From positions 28,726 to 92,725 of the forward strand of contig JBBSGB010000010.1 in assembly GCA_038254545.1 (NCBI GenBank): 64,000 bases of DNA, written 5' to 3'. Origin of the DNA: Burkholderiales bacterium. Its GTDB lineage: Bacteria > Pseudomonadota > Gammaproteobacteria > Burkholderiales > Burkholderiaceae_D. Position 1 is the first letter of the stretch; the number at the start of each line of letters is the position of its first letter. Shown here piece by piece: positions 61,517-64,000 of the stretch. The notes beneath the pieces are model-generated. The model did not search any database. It saw only the letters and a program-made list of their open reading frames with translations, and was not told where the DNA came from. Made by a program: the position numbers and the translations under genes.

Positions 61517-62370
61517 CAGACCGTCCTCTCCTGCGCGTTGCGCCTGCGCATCCAGCCTTGCAGCAGGTTGATCGCCAGCAGCATCGCGAAGGATGCGAGC
61601 AGCATCACGACCGCAATCGCGGTCGCACCGGAGTAGTCGTACTGCTCGAGCTTGCTGATGATCACCAGCGGCGCGATCTCCGACACCATCGGCATGTTGC
61701 CGGCGATGAAGACGACTGATCCGTACTCGCCGACCGCGCGCGCGAAGGCCAGCGTGAATCCGGTCAGGAGCGCAGGCATCACTGTGGGGAAGATCACGCG
61801 CGTGAAGATCTGGAACGCATTTGCACCCAGCGAGCGCGCCGCTTCCTCGAGTTCGCGCTCCATGTCTTCGAGCACCGGCTGCACGGTGCGGACCACGAAG
61901 GGCAGGCCGATGAAAATCAACGCGACGAGTACGCCCACCGGCGTGAACGCGACCTTGATGCCCAGGGCCGCGAGCGGCGCGCCGAGCCAACCGTTCTCCG
62001 CGTAGACGGCCGTCAGTGCGATGCCCGCGACCGCTGTCGGCAACGCGAACGGCAGGTCGACCAGCGCATCGACGATGCGCGAGCCGGGAAACTTGTAGCG
62101 CACCAGAACCCACGCGAGCAACAGGCCGAAGAAGGCATTGACGGTCGCCGCGATCAAGGCCGCGCCGAACGACAGCCGCAGCGACGCGAGCACGCGCGGC
62201 GCGGTCACCGTGGCCACGAATTGCGGCCAGGTCAGCGTGAAGGTCTTCAGGAACGCCGCCGACAGCGGGATCAGCACGATCAGCGCGAGATACAGCAAGG
62301 TCGTGCCGAGCGCGAGATGAAAGCCGGGCAACACGCTCGGCCGGCGCAGCGCGATCGGTCCCGCGATCAT
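61516..62370 (-). CDS. cysT: Sulfate ABC transporter permease CysT
   Basis: 284 aa, with [21 protein letters not shown]. The ATGA overlaps the binding-protein gene stop. Confidence 0.92.
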   Translation of the reverse strand: MIAGPIALRRPSVLPGFHLALGTTLLYLALIVLIPLSAAFLKTFTLTWPQFVATVTAPRVLASLRLSFGAALIAATVNAFFGLLLAWVLVRYKFPGSRIVDALVDLPFALPTAVAGIALTAVYAENGWLGAPLAALGIKVAFTPVGVLVALIFIGLPFVVRTVQPVLEDMERELEEAARSLGANAFQIFTRVIFPTVMPALLTGFTLAFARAVGEYGSVVFIAGNMPMVSEIAPLVIISKLEQYDYSGATAIAVVMLLASFAMLLAINLLQGWMRRRNAQERTV

Positions 62371-63383
62371 CGCTTGATCGCCCCGTAAATCCTGTCGAAC
62401 TCGCCGCCGTCGTTGAAGTGCTTCTCCTGCGCCTGTTTCCAGCTTCCGAACATTTCATCGACGGTGAACAACTGGATAGTCTTGAAGGTCGCCGCGTGCT
62501 TGGCCGCGACCTTCTGCGAGCGCACACGCAGATAGTGATTGGCCGCGATCTCTTGCGCGTCATCGGAGTAGAGGTATTCGAGATAGGCGGTCGCGAGCGC
62601 GCGAGTGCCCTTCTTGTCGACGACGCGATCGATGACCGCGACCGGGTTCTCTGCAAGCACGCTGATCGACGGATAGACCGGGTCGACCTTGCCGGCGCCG
62701 AACTCGCGATCGATCTGCACGACCTCGCTCTCGAAGGTCACGAGCACGTCACCCACGCCGCGCTGCAGGAAGGTGGTGGTCGCACCGCGGCCGCCGGTGG
62801 CGAGCACCGGCACATTTGCCAGCACGCGCCCGACGAACGCGCCGGCATCCGCATCGCTCATGCCCTTCTTCTTCGCATAGCCCCATGCGCCCATGTAGCT
62901 GTAGCGTCCATTGCCGCCGGTCTTGGGATTGACGATCACGACCTGCACGCCGGGCTTGGCAAGGTCGTCCCAATCCTTGATGCCTTTGGGATTGCCCTTG
63001 CGAACCAGGAACAGCATGGTCGAAAAGGTGGGCGCGGCATTGTTCGGAAATTTCTTCGCCCAGTCGGCGGGCACGACGTTGCGCGACGCGAGGAAGTCGA
63101 TGTCGTTGGCCGAGTTCATCGTCACGACGTCGGCCTCGAGTCCGTCGGCGACAGAGCGCGCCTGCTTGCTCGAGCCGTCGTGCGATTGATTCAGGACCGC
63201 GTCCTGCCCGGTCTTCTGCTTCCAGTATTTCGCGAACGCCGGGTTGTAGTCCTTGTAGAACTCGCGCGCCACGTCGTACGACGCATTGAGCAGGGTCTGC
63301 TGCGCGAACGCGCTCGATGCGCCGAGCAGCGACAGCGCTCCGACGGCCAGCAGTTTCGATGCGATCGATACGATGGATTTCAC
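62367..63383 (-). CDS. cysP: Sulfate/thiosulfate ABC transporter periplasmic binding protein (Sbp/CysP family, CysP-like motifs)
   Basis: Signal peptide (V)[26 protein letters not shown], then [13 protein letters not shown]...[11 protein letters not shown]...[12 protein letters not shown]...[10 protein letters not shown] chose GTG 63381-63383, preceded by AAGGAA. The track start at 63419 is a TTG. Confidence 0.9.
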   Translation of the reverse strand: MKSIVSIASKLLAVGALSLLGASSAFAQQTLLNASYDVAREFYKDYNPAFAKYWKQKTGQDAVLNQSHDGSSKQARSVADGLEADVVTMNSANDIDFLASRNVVPADWAKKFPNNAAPTFSTMLFLVRKGNPKGIKDWDDLAKPGVQVVIVNPKTGGNGRYSYMGAWGYAKKKGMSDADAGAFVGRVLANVPVLATGGRGATTTFLQRGVGDVLVTFESEVVQIDREFGAGKVDPVYPSISVLAENPVAVIDRVVDKKGTRALATAYLEYLYSDDAQEIAANHYLRVRSQKVAAKHAATFKTIQLFTVDEMFGSWKQAQEKHFNDGGEFDRIYGAIKR

Positions 63384-63431
63384 GAGGTTCCTTGATGAGG
63401 CGTTCGATACGAGCCGCAATGGCTCGCCGAT

Positions 63432-63769
63432 TCACTTGCCGCCGGGTTGATAGATCTGATCAAACACGCCGCCTTCGGCGAGGACGCTGATCGACGGGAT
63501 CACGATGTCGACCTTGCCCGCGCCGAACTCCTTCTTCGCGAGGTCGGCCTCGTTCTTCCATGCGAGCAGCACGTCACCGGACCCCGCGTTCGCGTCGGGT
63601 CATACGAGACGTTGAGCCGCGTGAGGTCGGCGGTACGTCACGGTCCGCCCTTCGCCGTGGAGAAAATCGAAAAGGCAAGCAGCAATGCCACGTCCGCCGC
63701 GAGAACGTAGAGCAGGACGAGGCGCGCGTACGACCGCGGTCGGCGCGTGGATTTCGAGCGGGGGTTCAC
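63432..63769 (-). pseudogene. sbp: Decayed second sulfate-binding protein gene (Sbp-type remnant with premature stop, frameshift and two large internal deletions)
   Basis: Three colinear homology blocks survive. (1) A signal-peptide-like ...RRPRSYARLVLLYVLAADVALLLAFSIFSTAKGGP, an in-frame TGA (63638-40), then ADLTRLNVSYDPTR (compare E. coli Sbp LLNVSYDPTRELY). (2) In another frame, [38 protein letters not shown] (compare GDVLIAWENEA...ILAE). (3) Fused directly, GGVFDQIYQPGGK* (compare the C-terminal GGTFDQISKR). Confidence 0.72.
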
Positions 63770-64000
63770 GCGGCCCTGGATTTTTCCTGCGCGCGATCCA
63801 CATCGAGGACGACAGCCTGTCGAACGATTTCTCCGATCACCAGCGTTGCCGGGCCATCGAGCGCGGTCAGACCTTCGCGCGCAAGTTCGGCTAGCGTCAT
63901 CACGCAAGTGAAAACGTTCGGCAACGAAGCGTTCTCGACCAGAGCGACCGGGGTCGATCCCTTTCTTCCCGCCGCGATCAGCAGCGCGGCGATGCGATCG
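63766..64000 (-). CDS. cobA: Uroporphyrinogen-III C-methyltransferase / siroheme synthase, C-terminal end (gene continues beyond the right edge)
   Basis: Reverse frame from 63999 reads DRIAALLIAAGRKGSTPVALVENASLPNVFTCVMTLAELAREGLTALDGPATLVIGEIV...*, the typical SUMT C-terminus. The stop TGA is at 63766-63768. Confidence 0.8.
   Translation of the reverse strand, partial: DRIAALLIAAGRKGSTPVALVENASLPNVFTCVMTLAELAREGLTALDGPATLVIGEIVRQAVVLDVDRAQEKSRAA

Noticed and set aside
63447-63710. 87-aa plus-strand ORF upstream of the sulfate-binding protein gene
   Set aside because: It is antisense to the sbp remnant and has no start context or motifs.
63638-63769. Stand-alone 43-codon membrane micro-protein gene overlapping the cobA stop
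   Set aside because: The hydrophobic segment is followed, after a TGA and in the same frame, by the Sbp-specific LNVSYDPTR block. It is better explained as the signal peptide of the decayed sbp gene.

Overview
This is a 64-kb chromosomal segment from a high-GC betaproteobacterium. One sampled 60-nt line in gcvP is about 42/60 G+C. Gene order looks Burkholderiales-like, which is an inference from synteny. I support about 60 protein genes, almost all core housekeeping and mostly on the minus strand. From left to right they are:
- efp (R32 type) and earP.
- A tightly packed chain: lepA-lepB-DUF4845-rnc-era-recO-pdxJ-acpS-nagZ.
- The sigma-E module: rpoE-rseA-rseB, a terminator, then mucD.
- The fatty-acid and ribosomal cluster: yceD-rpmF-plsX-fabH-fabD-fabG-acpP-fabF.
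- maf plus an RsmI-like methylase.
- An NdvB-like GH17-GT2 glucan synthase packed head-to-tail with tamA-tamB.
- A divergent Hanks kinase fused to a cNMP-binding domain.
- A tandem glycine riboswitch followed by gcvT-gcvH-gcvP.
- A TPR-like/HD-GYP protein, then cybB.
- ftsB-eno, DUF1330, kdsA, pyrG.
- A DUF1624 acyltransferase-like membrane protein.
- A Hanks kinase, PP2C and rph, followed by DUF1295, a Cfa-like methylase and a secreted protein.
- yicC-gmk-rpoZ-spoT, greB, dsbB.
- A sulfate and thiosulfate uptake operon (cysP-like binding protein, cysT, cysW, cysA, rhodanese), preceded by a decayed second binding-protein gene and the 3' end of cobA/cysG.

By eye I found no rRNA, tRNA, CRISPR array, transposase or integrase. 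The long antisense and out-of-frame ORFs in the track are ordinary high-GC shadow ORFs.

The most unusual spot is the visibly lower-GC patch at about 39.0-41.8 kb. It holds a TPR-like sensor fused to an HD-GYP domain. Divergent from it is a self-contained 41-codon transcription unit with an RBS and a strong intrinsic terminator. The peptide carries a double-glycine-leader-like pattern. A stop-rich, AT-rich repeat spacer follows. I propose, as a hypothesis only, a peptide/TPR-coupled c-di-GMP signalling module.

Secondary points of interest:
- The ndvB-tamA-tamB packing, and the 12-nt direct repeats in its divergent control region.
- The cNMP-binding Hanks kinase.
- The sbp pseudogene.
- The rhodanese coupled to cysA.
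- The long low-complexity tail on RNase III.
- A membrane ORF coupled to the TTG start of rpoE.
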